Of a stretch of DNA of 52,238 nt, positions 9,803 through 21,025 are shown one piece after another; position 1 is the first letter of the stretch; each line of letters opens with the position of its first letter. The notes beneath the pieces are model-generated. The model ran no database searches. It had not been told where the DNA came from and worked only from the letters and a program-made list of their open reading frames with translations. Origin of the DNA: Dehalococcoidia bacterium. GTDB lineage: Bacteria; Chloroflexota; Dehalococcoidia; GIF9; AB-539-J10. The translations under genes and the position numbers were made by a program. The stretch is taken from assembly GCA_003552125.1 (NCBI GenBank), contig PUON01000009.1, positions 1-52,238 on the forward strand, in the 5' to 3' direction.

Positions 9803-10354
9803 TTATATTGATGGTTCTATGAGTCCGTAATTGCCGTCCTTTCTACGATAGAGAACGTTTGCCTGCTCGCTTTCCGCGTTGACGAACAAAAAGAAGTCAT
9901 GTCCCAGTAGCTCCATCTGCTCCGCAGCCTCATCAATGGGCATGGGTTTCACGTGGAACTGTTTGGTCTTGACGATTCGGGGAGTATTGTCAGTCTCCTG
10001 TGATTCAACACTTGAGAGGGCTGGCTCCATCTTGCGGAGCGTCTCTGCGCCCTTATCGACGCGTCTGCCCTTGTACCTTAGAATCCGATTCGTGAGAGCA
10101 TCAGTCACGCGGTCGATTGCTGTCCGCACATCTTCCGCGCGTTCCTGTGCCCTGATCGTAACCGAGTTGGCCACGAGGGTTACCTGGACTACGAAGCGCT
10201 GATCCGCTTGTTTGGTCCCTTCTTCCGAAATCTCTACCGTACCGCTGTCGATATCCGAGAGATAGCGGTTCATCTTGCCTATTCGTTGAGTTGCGTATTC
10301 CTCCATTGTGGGAGATAACGACAAGTCGTTCTTAGGCTGTATTCGCAAATCCAT
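9803..10354 (-). CDS. hpf: Ribosome hibernation promoting factor, long form
   Basis: AIDRV..L..RI.RYKG and KPM..DEAAEQMELLGHDFFLF.N...VLYRRKDGNYGLI; start MDLRIQ with GGAGG RBS. Confidence 0.95.
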   Translation of the reverse strand: MDLRIQPKNDLSLSPTMEEYATQRIGKMNRYLSDIDSGTVEISEEGTKQADQRFVVQVTLVANSVTIRAQERAEDVRTAIDRVTDALTNRILRYKGRRVDKGAETLRKMEPALSSVESQETDNTPRIVKTKQFHVKPMPIDEAAEQMELLGHDFFLFVNAESEQANVLYRRKDGNYGLIEPSI

Positions 10355-10368
10355 CTGAACCTCCCTGA

Positions 10369-11067
10369 CTACACTTCTCGTGCAACTGTAAGCGCGACGA
10401 CTCGAGTCGCACCTGCCTCCCTGATCGCACTGGCACATGCGTCCAGCGTGGCTCCCGTTGTGCATACGTCGTCGATCAGCATGACTGTGGAGCCCAGCAG
10501 CGGACTGTCCGCCCACCGGAACGCCCCCCGTACGTTTCGACGTCGTTCCTCAACATTCTTCGTCCGTACCTGGCTGGTGCTGGTTCCTGCTCTCCGTAGA
10601 GAACGTGGCAACACCCTCATGTTATGAAGCTTACCAACTTCGCGCGCCAGGATCGCGGCCTGATTGTACCCACGAAGCCTTTCGTGCGACGGGTGCAGGG
10701 GTACCGGTACCATAACATCAGCCGTCATGCCGGCCTCAGTCATGCAGGTAGCGATGTAGCTGGCCAGCGTAGGCGCAATCGCTCGAAGATTGTGGTACTT
10801 GAGCTCGTGAACTGCGCGACGTGCGGTGCCTTCGAATCGGAAGACTGAACGAATCGCCTCAATGGAACCTGGATGTACTGCACACGACGCGCAGAGGATG
10901 CCACTGATCTGTGGTTGTCCACATCTGGGGCACAGAGGACCCACGAGAAACGGCAGGTCAGCCTCACAACATGAACACATATAGCTGCCAATTCTTCCAC
11001 ATCCCACGCAGGCGCGGGGGAAGAAGCAGTCCAACGCCAGATCAACTACGTCCCTGACGCGAATCAC
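10369..11067 (-). CDS. comF: ComF family phosphoribosyltransferase-like protein with double Zn ribbon
   Basis: CVGC, CSCC, CPRC and CASC; PVPLH...RGYNQA and LIDDVCTTGATL. Start is uncertain (GTG 11067 chosen). Confidence 0.92.
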   Translation of the reverse strand: MIRVRDVVDLALDCFFPRACVGCGRIGSYMCSCCEADLPFLVGPLCPRCGQPQISGILCASCAVHPGSIEAIRSVFRFEGTARRAVHELKYHNLRAIAPTLASYIATCMTEAGMTADVMVPVPLHPSHERLRGYNQAAILAREVGKLHNMRVLPRSLRRAGTSTSQVRTKNVEERRRNVRGAFRWADSPLLGSTVMLIDDVCTTGATLDACASAIREAGATRVVALTVAREV

Positions 11068-11086
11068 GACCGCGAAAGTCCGCGCC

Positions 11087-11296
11087 CTAGTGGCTGCGGG
11101 CGCGGAGTTCACCGCTCAGAATAGGCTCGTTAAGGTATATCTCTCCGTTCCTGATCTTCAGGTTGAACCCGCAGTCAGGACTCGTACACACCCATGCCTT
11201 GTAGCGAATCGTAGCACCTTGGCTTCCAAAATCAGACAGGGGAACCAGGTCACCCTTGTCGCACTGCAGACATTTTGGAAAAGGAGTGTTCTCCAA
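11087..11296 (-). CDS. Small zinc-ribbon hypothetical protein (~69 aa)
   Basis: FPKCLQCDKGDLVPLSDFGSQGATIRYKAWVCTSPDCGFNLKIRNG; GGAGGT RBS before TTG at 11296; fills the operon gap. Confidence 0.75.
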   Translation of the reverse strand: MENTPFPKCLQCDKGDLVPLSDFGSQGATIRYKAWVCTSPDCGFNLKIRNGEIYLNEPILSGELRARSH

Positions 11297-11371
11297 GGTA
11301 ATCCACCTCCCAAACCGATACTGCGCACAGTATATATCAGCCCCTTCCTGCCCGCAAACCAAAGGCAAAGC

Positions 11372-11977
11372 TCAGCCTGCTCGCAAAGACCGGGTCAATG
11401 GCAGATGGGCTATGCGGGTGTATACTGCGCCCCCTGGTCTCAGTTCGCTTCGCATCAGGCTTACCGCATCCGCGGCGAATGCGATGCGCGTCACCGCTGC
11501 GCACTCGCGTATGGCATTCCCTAGAGCGCTGCGTGTGTCATTCGAAGCTTCCTGTCGTACTCGAGCAAGGGTAAGGTGTGGCGTGAACGGCCGTGTCTCC
11601 AGCGCGAAGCCTAACTCGCCCAGGTTTTCGTCGATGCGGTTCGCCAGTGACGCGAGGGGTGAGGTGTCACCTGATAAGCCGACCCACGCGACACGGGGGG
11701 ATCGCAGCGAGGGGAATCCTCCCAGCGTGTGAGCTTCCAGTTGCATCGGCGGCGTGGCTTCGCAGACGTGCATAAGACGCCTCCGCACCTCATCGGTTTG
11801 TTCCATTCGCACCCGACCGAGGAACTTGAGCGTGAGGTGGATGTTCGCCGAGGGGACCCACTTGATATCAGCGCTTGCGATGGAGCCCCTTAAATGCTCG
11901 ATGGTGGATTCAAGTGTGTTCCTGACATCTTCAGGAAGCTCTATAGCGACAAATGCGCGGATGGTGTGGTCAGTCAC
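11372..11977 (-). CDS. thpR: RNA 2',3'-cyclic phosphodiesterase (2H phosphoesterase)
   Basis: RAFVAI and two HxT motifs (HLTLKFLG, PHLTLAR); GGAGG before GTG at 11977. Confidence 0.93.
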   Translation of the reverse strand: MTDHTIRAFVAIELPEDVRNTLESTIEHLRGSIASADIKWVPSANIHLTLKFLGRVRMEQTDEVRRRLMHVCEATPPMQLEAHTLGGFPSLRSPRVAWVGLSGDTSPLASLANRIDENLGELGFALETRPFTPHLTLARVRQEASNDTRSALGNAIRECAAVTRIAFAADAVSLMRSELRPGGAVYTRIAHLPLTRSLRAG

Positions 11978-12830
11978 GCCGGGTCCTCCCTCGCACATCT
12001 AGCACGGACACGGCGTTTCGCCACAGCACGGCCTGTTGTGCATCATGGCCCAGGTGTGCCTCCTCCACTTTCTCGAGCGCCAGCCGTTGTCTGATGAGTG
12101 GATAGTCTGAACCAAAGAGGATGCGATCGGTTCCGACAAGGTGAGACACAATCTCGAACACCCCTAGACGATAGAGGTAGTGTGTTGCCGCAGTGTCGAA
12201 ATAGACGTTCGGCATAGCCGCCGCGACCTCCGGCATGAGCGCGTAGAATGGCAACCCCCCTCCCCAGTGCGCACACACGAGAGTCAGTTCGGGAAACGCA
12301 CATGCGAATGCGTAAGGTTGCTCCGGCGTGATCGTTCCCTTACCCGGATAGACGTGTCCCACCGGTTCGGACACGTGGGTAAGCAGAATCAGTTGGTGAT
12401 GGGCCGCAGCAGCCGCGAGAGGCTCCAGCAGCACGGTGTCGGCGAGGGAGTACCCCTGTAAGTCGGGGCGCAGTTCACCAATGCCCACGGCCCCACCTGC
12501 AGCGCATCTCTCCAGTTCACGTAGTGCCAGTTCCGGCAAGGCCGGCTGAAGCATGCAGAATGGGACGATACGGTCCGGCCATTTCGCTGCTGACTCCAGA
12601 ATGTAGTCGTTCGTACGCACGCACAGATCGTGGCTCCGCCATCCAATATTGAGGATGACTGACCGCGCAATCCCGGCTCTGTCCATGCTCACGATCAGGT
12701 CGTCAGCGGTGGTGATCTTCGCGGCTTTCTCTCCGTAGAGCCTTCCAAAGCAGGGATCCTCGTGTGCGAGGGTTTCCCGCTCGTTGATTGCCCACGAGGG
12801 CATAACATGGGTATGGAAGTCGACTATCAT
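11970..12830 (-). CDS. Amidohydrolase family protein (Amidohydro_2)
   Basis: DFHTH, GIGE, AHWGGG, VYFDTAA and RILFGSDYP. Confidence 0.9.
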   Translation of the reverse strand: MIVDFHTHVMPSWAINERETLAHEDPCFGRLYGEKAAKITTADDLIVSMDRAGIARSVILNIGWRSHDLCVRTNDYILESAAKWPDRIVPFCMLQPALPELALRELERCAAGGAVGIGELRPDLQGYSLADTVLLEPLAAAAAHHQLILLTHVSEPVGHVYPGKGTITPEQPYAFACAFPELTLVCAHWGGGLPFYALMPEVAAAMPNVYFDTAATHYLYRLGVFEIVSHLVGTDRILFGSDYPLIRQRLALEKVEEAHLGHDAQQAVLWRNAVSVLDVRGRTRRD

Positions 12831-12857
12831 ATGCGCAATCGCCACCCGGGTTCTGTG

Positions 12858-13343
12858 TCAGCCAGTGTGCAACCTGTCTCTGAGCACCTTCAGATTCAGT
12901 ACGTCTTCTGCATTGTACTGCAGCAGTCTCTTCAGGGCCGCATTGTCCTGATTACGCACGTAACGCCACCAGAGTGCCACTGCTTCCCGTCCGGATATGT
13001 CCAGTATTTCTCGCTTGATGCCGAGACATCGTTCAACCGCCTTGAGCCCGCCGTAAAGTCCGCGGTTCCAGCACGTGTACATGAGATCCTCATGCCTTGT
13101 TGAGACATCGAGTTCTATATTGAGCTGTGAGCGGAGGAAAACCAGGTCGAACCTGGCTCCATTGTAAGTGTAAAGGCACCGCACTCCTCTCAGCAGCTCT
13201 GTTACATCCAGGCGGGTAATCTGCGAACCCACCAATTGGCGAACGGTTGGCGTATTGCCTTCGTCACGGTATATGCCTACAACGGTAATAGCGTCCAATG
13301 ATGGGCTCAGGCCAGTGGTCTCAATGTCCAGATAGGCGTTCAT
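12858..13343 (-). CDS. RNase H-like (YprB/RNase_H_2) 3'-5' exonuclease domain protein
   Basis: YLDIETTGL, TYNGARFD, GGLKAVERCLGI and LLQYNAEDV. Start at MNAYLD; the upstream ORF extension is not protein-like. Confidence 0.88.
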   Translation of the reverse strand: MNAYLDIETTGLSPSLDAITVVGIYRDEGNTPTVRQLVGSQITRLDVTELLRGVRCLYTYNGARFDLVFLRSQLNIELDVSTRHEDLMYTCWNRGLYGGLKAVERCLGIKREILDISGREAVALWWRYVRNQDNAALKRLLQYNAEDVLNLKVLRDRLHTG

Positions 13344-13590
13344 TTCGGTATCCGCCGCAGGTGCTGCCGAGCCATCCTCAGGGATTACTGCTGTGAGGCA
13401 GTATCGACACCTGGAGACAAAGTACAAGGCTACGGCATGCCCATGCAAAGGATACCATGAGCTTTGATTGTGTCCACAGCGCCAACGGGCAGCGCAATTC
13501 TGTCTGAACATGAACGGGTATGCTATTGCCACACAGTGCAGGCTGCCCAGGTTTGTAGGATGCGAATCAACCACCCGTGATGTCATAGTC

Positions 13591-16168
<2,578 letters not shown>

Positions 16169-16213
16169 CTACCGTGATGTGGCACTGTGCTTCTGGTAGA
16201 ATCGAATACGGAG

Positions 16214-17151
16214 ATGGAACGGCGCTTCTATCTGTTGGACGTCTTCGCTGAGGGGCCATACTCCGGCAATCAGCTTGCAGTCTTTCGTAATGCATCTTCC
16301 CTGATGGAAGACGACATGCTTCGACTCGCGCGGGAGGTCCACTTCTCGGAAACTGCGTTCATCCTGTCCGATGTGCCGCGCGAGGGAGGATACGATGTAA
16401 GGGTGTTCACGCCAGTTCACGAAATCCCGTTCTCCGGACACGCGGTTCTTGGAGCTGCGTGGGTACTGCAGCGCGAGCTTCTGGATGAGTCGCCGGGCTT
16501 CATGAGAGTGAATCTCGGCGTAGGAACTGTGTATATCAGCTTCGACTATCACCACGGTGACCTCGATGCCATATGGATGGCTCACAGATCTGCTGAGTAC
16601 GGACCGTTGATCGACGTTGAGTCAGCAGCGCTTGCGGTCGGGCTGGAGGCTTCGGAAGTGGATAGTCGCTGGCCCATTCAGGAGGTCTCTACCGGGCTGC
16701 CATTCATCATGATTCCCGTGCCCTCGATGGATATCATCCAGCGTGCACGGATCGAGCCTGGTGCCTATGACTGCCTCTCAGCTGCCAGCACTGCGAAAGC
16801 GATTCTCCTCTTTACCCCTGAGACGTACAATCCCGAGAACGACTTCAACATCCGTATGTTTGCCCCAGAGTATGGTGTACGGGAGGACCCTGCCAGTGGT
16901 GCGGGAGCCTGCAGTCTGGCTGCGTACGTCATCAAACATGTCCGCCCCCTGACGCTTGCGACCTTGACCTGCGTATTGAACAGGGTTACGAGATCAGAAG
17001 GCCGTCACTGCTGTTTGCTCGCGTCAGGCGCGAGAAGGACGAGAGACATGTACTGGTGGGTGGGCGAGTGGTGATGGTAGCGCAGGGGCACTTTCATAAC
17101 GTTTACCCTGATCCTCGGGGCTGCGAGGTGTTCAGACTGCCGGCAGTCTGA
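16214..17151 (+). pseudogene. PhzF family isomerase with a frameshift near the C-terminus (pseudogene or homopolymer error)
   Basis: DVF...SGNQLAVF, FSETAF, RVFTP..EIPFSGH and EDPASG. The conserved tail LRIEQGYEIRRPSLL...VGGRVVMVAQGHF lies in another frame after the C5 run at 16945-16949. Confidence 0.8.
17132..17151. repeat. Perfect 20-bp palindrome TCAGACTGCCGGCAGTCTGA
   Basis: Read directly; lies just upstream of the tgt -10 element. Confidence 0.85.
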
Positions 17152-17157
17152 CCGTAT

Positions 17158-18357
17158 TTGGGCGGATGGTATACTTGCTGCGGGGGTATCCTCGAGATCG
17201 GAACTAACTGCCTTGAGATCCAACACCGCTGCCCGGCGTCCGAGGCGAGGGCAGGACTGCTGGAAACAGTCCGTGGAATCATCAGGACTCCAGTATTCAT
17301 GCCGGTTGGCAGCCAGGCGACTGTGAAGTCCCTAACCCCCGATGACCTCTATGGGATCGGGTTCCAGATGCTTCTGGCCAACGCGTACCATCTCTATCTC
17401 CGACCGGGAATCGACGTGATTCATGAGTCAGGTGGCTTGCACCGGTTCATGGCCTGGGATGGCTCCCTCCTCACTGATAGTGGTGGCTTTCAGGTGTTCA
17501 GCCTCGCGGCATTGAGGAGCATTGATAATGACGGTGTCATGTTTCGCTCCCACATCGATGGGAGTGAACACCGCCTCACTCCTGAGAGATCGATTGAGAT
17601 CCAGGAGACACTTGGCGCAGACATAATCATGGTGCTGGACGATGTGCCTGCGGGAGGATCAGACAGTGTCCGTGTACGCCAGTCACTTGACCGCACCCAT
17701 CGCTGGGCGGAGCGCTGTCTGCGCGCGAAGCAGCGACGCGACCAGTCGCTGTTCGCCATCGTACAGGGAGGTGGTGACGTCGGGCTGCGCAAGCGATCGG
17801 CTGCGACGCTCGCATCGCTGGGATTCCCGGGATATGCCATTGGTGGCCTCAGCGTCGGTGAACCTAAGGAGGTCATGTACCGTGTGCTCGAGGCAACTGT
17901 GCCACTACTGCCATCAGACAAGCCACGTTACCTCATGGGCGTTGGTGCCCCCGAGGATATCGTTGAGGCCGTGTGGTACGGGGTCGACATGTTCGATTGT
18001 GTCCTGCCGACACGGGTTGCACGTAACGGCGCACTGTATACCAGGGACGGCAGGCGGAGCGTGAGGCATGCTTCGTTCAAGTCATCGTGGGAGCCAGTGG
18101 ATCCGGACTGCACCTGCTACACCTGTCGCACGTTCTCGGTGGCATACCTGCACCACCTTTTCAAATGCGAAGAGCTGCTTGCCTATCGATTGGCGACAAT
18201 CCACAACCTCAGCTTCTTTCACCGATTGTTGCTGGAGATCCGCGCGGCGATAGAGGAGCAGAGGTTCACCTCTTTTCGAGATGAGTTCCATCAGCGTTAT
18301 CGTCGCACGAATGAAAAAGTGCGCCTTGAACAGAGACGCACGCGTTGCGAAATGTGA
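17158..18357 (+). CDS. tgt: tRNA-guanine(34) transglycosylase
   Basis: TPVFMPVGS, LTDSGGFQVFSL, IVQGG, KPRYLMGVG, DMFDCVLPTR and CxCxxC...H Zn site. Start is uncertain. Confidence 0.97.
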   Translation: MGGWYTCCGGILEIGTNCLEIQHRCPASEARAGLLETVRGIIRTPVFMPVGSQATVKSLTPDDLYGIGFQMLLANAYHLYLRPGIDVIHESGGLHRFMAWDGSLLTDSGGFQVFSLAALRSIDNDGVMFRSHIDGSEHRLTPERSIEIQETLGADIIMVLDDVPAGGSDSVRVRQSLDRTHRWAERCLRAKQRRDQSLFAIVQGGGDVGLRKRSAATLASLGFPGYAIGGLSVGEPKEVMYRVLEATVPLLPSDKPRYLMGVGAPEDIVEAVWYGVDMFDCVLPTRVARNGALYTRDGRRSVRHASFKSSWEPVDPDCTCYTCRTFSVAYLHHLFKCEELLAYRLATIHNLSFFHRLLLEIRAAIEEQRFTSFRDEFHQRYRRTNEKVRLEQRRTRCEM

Positions 18358-18399
18358 CCCCCGGGATTGCGGTGCAATACCTGATATCCGGATGCTCAT

Positions 18400-19125
18400 A
18401 TGTGGGACGTGCTACTTAGCTTCAATAATCTCTTATGGCTCGTGTTCGCACTGGTGACCTTGAGCCTGTCAGTTGCGCTATTTCGTGTTTTCGGTCGAAT
18501 AGGGCTTTACGGTCTGGTAGTGGCCGCAGTGATTGTGGCAAACATACAGGTGACCAAGACCGTTCTGCTGTTCGGGCTTACCGCGACCCTCGGGAATGTG
18601 CTCTACGGTACTGTGTTTCTCTCCACCGATGTGCTGAGCGAGTTATACGGCAAGAAAGAGGCTCGTCGCTGTGTCTGGGTGGGCTTCGCCGCTATGGCGC
18701 TCTCGGTGGTGTGGATGCAATTCGCGCTATGGTTTGTGCCCGGCCCTGAAGACTTTGCTCATGATGCTCTGGCCACCATTTTTGGCATCATGCCTCGAAT
18801 TGCCGCGGGGAGTCTGGTTGCGTATCTCGTGTCACAACACCATGACATTGCGGCGTTTCATTTCCTGCGGCGACGAACCGGTGCACGTTACCTGTGGATT
18901 CGCAACTGCGTGTCCACGATGGTATCTCAGGCGATAGACTCGGTGCTGTTCTGCTTCATCGCTTTGTGGGGGGTGTTCGATGCAAGTACCTGGCTGCAGA
19001 TACTGGGTACCACCTACGTGCTTAAATGGCTCCTAGCGTTCCTTGATACGCCATTCATGTACCTCGCTGTGAAGATTGGGTACAGGAGTCCGCTGGTGCA
19101 GGGAGGCGATGATGTGGCAATGTAG
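18400..19125 (+). CDS. Queuosine precursor transporter (VUT/YhhQ family)
   Basis: ANIQV.K, TDVLSELYGKKEA, RIAAGSLVAYLVSQ..D, RN..STMVSQ.ID and DTPF; follows tgt. Confidence 0.92.
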   Translation: MWDVLLSFNNLLWLVFALVTLSLSVALFRVFGRIGLYGLVVAAVIVANIQVTKTVLLFGLTATLGNVLYGTVFLSTDVLSELYGKKEARRCVWVGFAAMALSVVWMQFALWFVPGPEDFAHDALATIFGIMPRIAAGSLVAYLVSQHHDIAAFHFLRRRTGARYLWIRNCVSTMVSQAIDSVLFCFIALWGVFDASTWLQILGTTYVLKWLLAFLDTPFMYLAVKIGYRSPLVQGGDDVAM

Positions 19126-19268
19126 CCTGGGGTTTGTCTCAGTCTCCTGGTCGAACAGAACACTATGCTGTACTCAAGTAGATTGCGCGATAGGATATCG
19201 CGGGCTATAGTGGCGGCAACAGACTGCACGGAGCGGTGTAACTCGACGTGAGTACGGAGGTTGTGGGA

Positions 19269-20840
19269 ATGAGAATCTCCACGGTAAATGAGATGCGCGA
19301 ATGCGACCGCCGGGCGGTGGAGGAATACGGCCTGTCTGAAGTGGTGCTCATGGAACACGCTGGGCATTCGGTCTACGAGGTACTGAAAACTGAATTCGAT
19401 GTGATGCACCGTCGCTTTCTCGTCCTGTGTGGCAGGGGGAACAATGGTGGTGATGGTATGGTGGTGGCACGCAAGCTGCATTCTCGTGGAGCGGTGGTCC
19501 GGGTGTGTCTTCTTGCAGATGAGTCAGAAGTGCGGGGAACCTCACGTGCCAATTACGATGCGGCAATCGCGGCTGGCATGGAGGTGATCCGTGTTCGCTC
19601 TGCGCACGACTTGCCGGAAGTGAAATCCGGGGATGTCATGGTCGATGCCCTTCTTGGTACAGGACTATCCCGGAGTCCTGAAGGCATCTACGGGGAGGCA
19701 ATTGAATGGATTAATGGCTCCGGATTGCCCGTTGTCGCGGTTGATATACCTTCCGGTGTGAATGGCGACAATGGGCTGGTTCCTGGGGAGGCGGTCACTG
19801 CCTCATGTACGGTTACGTTTGGACTGCCCAAGAGGGGCAACCTGTTACCACCGGGAAGGGAACACTGTGGCAAGCTCATTGTGACACACATATCCTTTCC
19901 GCCGGAGCTGATCAAGGATGTCGGCGGAGTCGAGGTCAGTCGGCCGCTGCCGCTTCCCCCTCGACGGCTGGAGTCGCACAAAGGTGACTACGGCGACGTG
20001 TTATTCGTTGCCGGTGCGAGGTCGTATCTGGGCGCCCCAATGCTTGTAGTGATGTCTTTTCTCAGGGCAGGTGGGGGGTATGGTCGGCTGGCTACCCCCG
20101 CGTCACTCGCTCCACTGGTGGGGAGCCGTGCCAGTGAGGCTGTCATGGTACCTCTGGCGGAAACGTCCGATGGCACGCTGTCGCTGTCCAATCTGGACGT
20201 ACTGTGCCAGATGGGTGATCGAGCGGACATGATGGTGATCGGTCCGGGGGTGTCACTTCACGAGGAGACGCAGGAACTCGTGCGGAGGCTGGCAACTTTG
20301 GTGAAATCTCCTGTCATACTCGATGGAGACGGGTTGAGCGCACTAGCCTCAGATCCATCCTGTATTCGTGGGCGTGAATCAGCTTCCACTGTACTGACGC
20401 CTCATGTCGGGGAGATGGCGAGACTGCTGGGCTGCACGATCGAGCAGATCGAGGCGGACCGGGTGACAGCCGTGATCGAGGCAGTACATAGGTTTGGAGC
20501 TGTCGTGGTGCTGAAGGGGTCGAGCACCCTCATTGGTGGTCCGACAGGGCTGGTGTCGCTTAACCTCACCGGCAACCCGGGAATGGCGACGGCCGGTTCT
20601 GGTGATGTACTTGCCGGCACCATCGCCGCAGTATATGGCATGGGCCTCGAATTGAGGCCCGCTGCTGAAACGGGTGTATTCATACACGGTTTGGCGGGAG
20701 ATCTGGCTGCGGAGGAGATAGGAGAGGACGGACTTGTTGCCAGTGAGATCATGACGCATCTCCCTGTCGCGGTTAGACTCTACCGACAGTCTTTTTCGCA
20801 GTTGACCGACAACTGTTGCGGGCGATTGAACGTTATATAA
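19269..20840 (+). CDS. nnr: Bifunctional NAD(P)H-hydrate epimerase/dehydratase
   Basis: LMEHAG, GRGNNGGDG, DALLGTG, VDIPSG, HKGDYG, TPHVGE, VLKG and MATAGSGDVLAG. Confidence 0.96.
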   Translation: MRISTVNEMRECDRRAVEEYGLSEVVLMEHAGHSVYEVLKTEFDVMHRRFLVLCGRGNNGGDGMVVARKLHSRGAVVRVCLLADESEVRGTSRANYDAAIAAGMEVIRVRSAHDLPEVKSGDVMVDALLGTGLSRSPEGIYGEAIEWINGSGLPVVAVDIPSGVNGDNGLVPGEAVTASCTVTFGLPKRGNLLPPGREHCGKLIVTHISFPPELIKDVGGVEVSRPLPLPPRRLESHKGDYGDVLFVAGARSYLGAPMLVVMSFLRAGGGYGRLATPASLAPLVGSRASEAVMVPLAETSDGTLSLSNLDVLCQMGDRADMMVIGPGVSLHEETQELVRRLATLVKSPVILDGDGLSALASDPSCIRGRESASTVLTPHVGEMARLLGCTIEQIEADRVTAVIEAVHRFGAVVVLKGSSTLIGGPTGLVSLNLTGNPGMATAGSGDVLAGTIAAVYGMGLELRPAAETGVFIHGLAGDLAAEEIGEDGLVASEIMTHLPVAVRLYRQSFSQLTDNCCGRLNVI

Positions 20841-20990
20841 CAAAGACCTGGCTATGACCGTAACCGATACTGCTCTGGAGGTGCTGGTGTACCGGGTGGA
20901 AGATGGGGGTCCGGCATCAGTTGAGCCTGCGGGGAACTGGTTGGTGGACGAGCAGGGCAATGATGCACCAGTCCTATTTGGTTACGTGCG

Positions 20991-21019
20991 TTGACATTAG
21001 TGAAGGAGGGCATTAGAAT
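20991..21019 (+). promoter_or_regulatory. Near-consensus sigma70 promoter of the CetZ-like gene
   Basis: TTGACA-N17-TAGAAT, ending 6 nt before the ATG at 21026. Confidence 0.75.
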
Positions 21020-21025
21020 AGCGAC

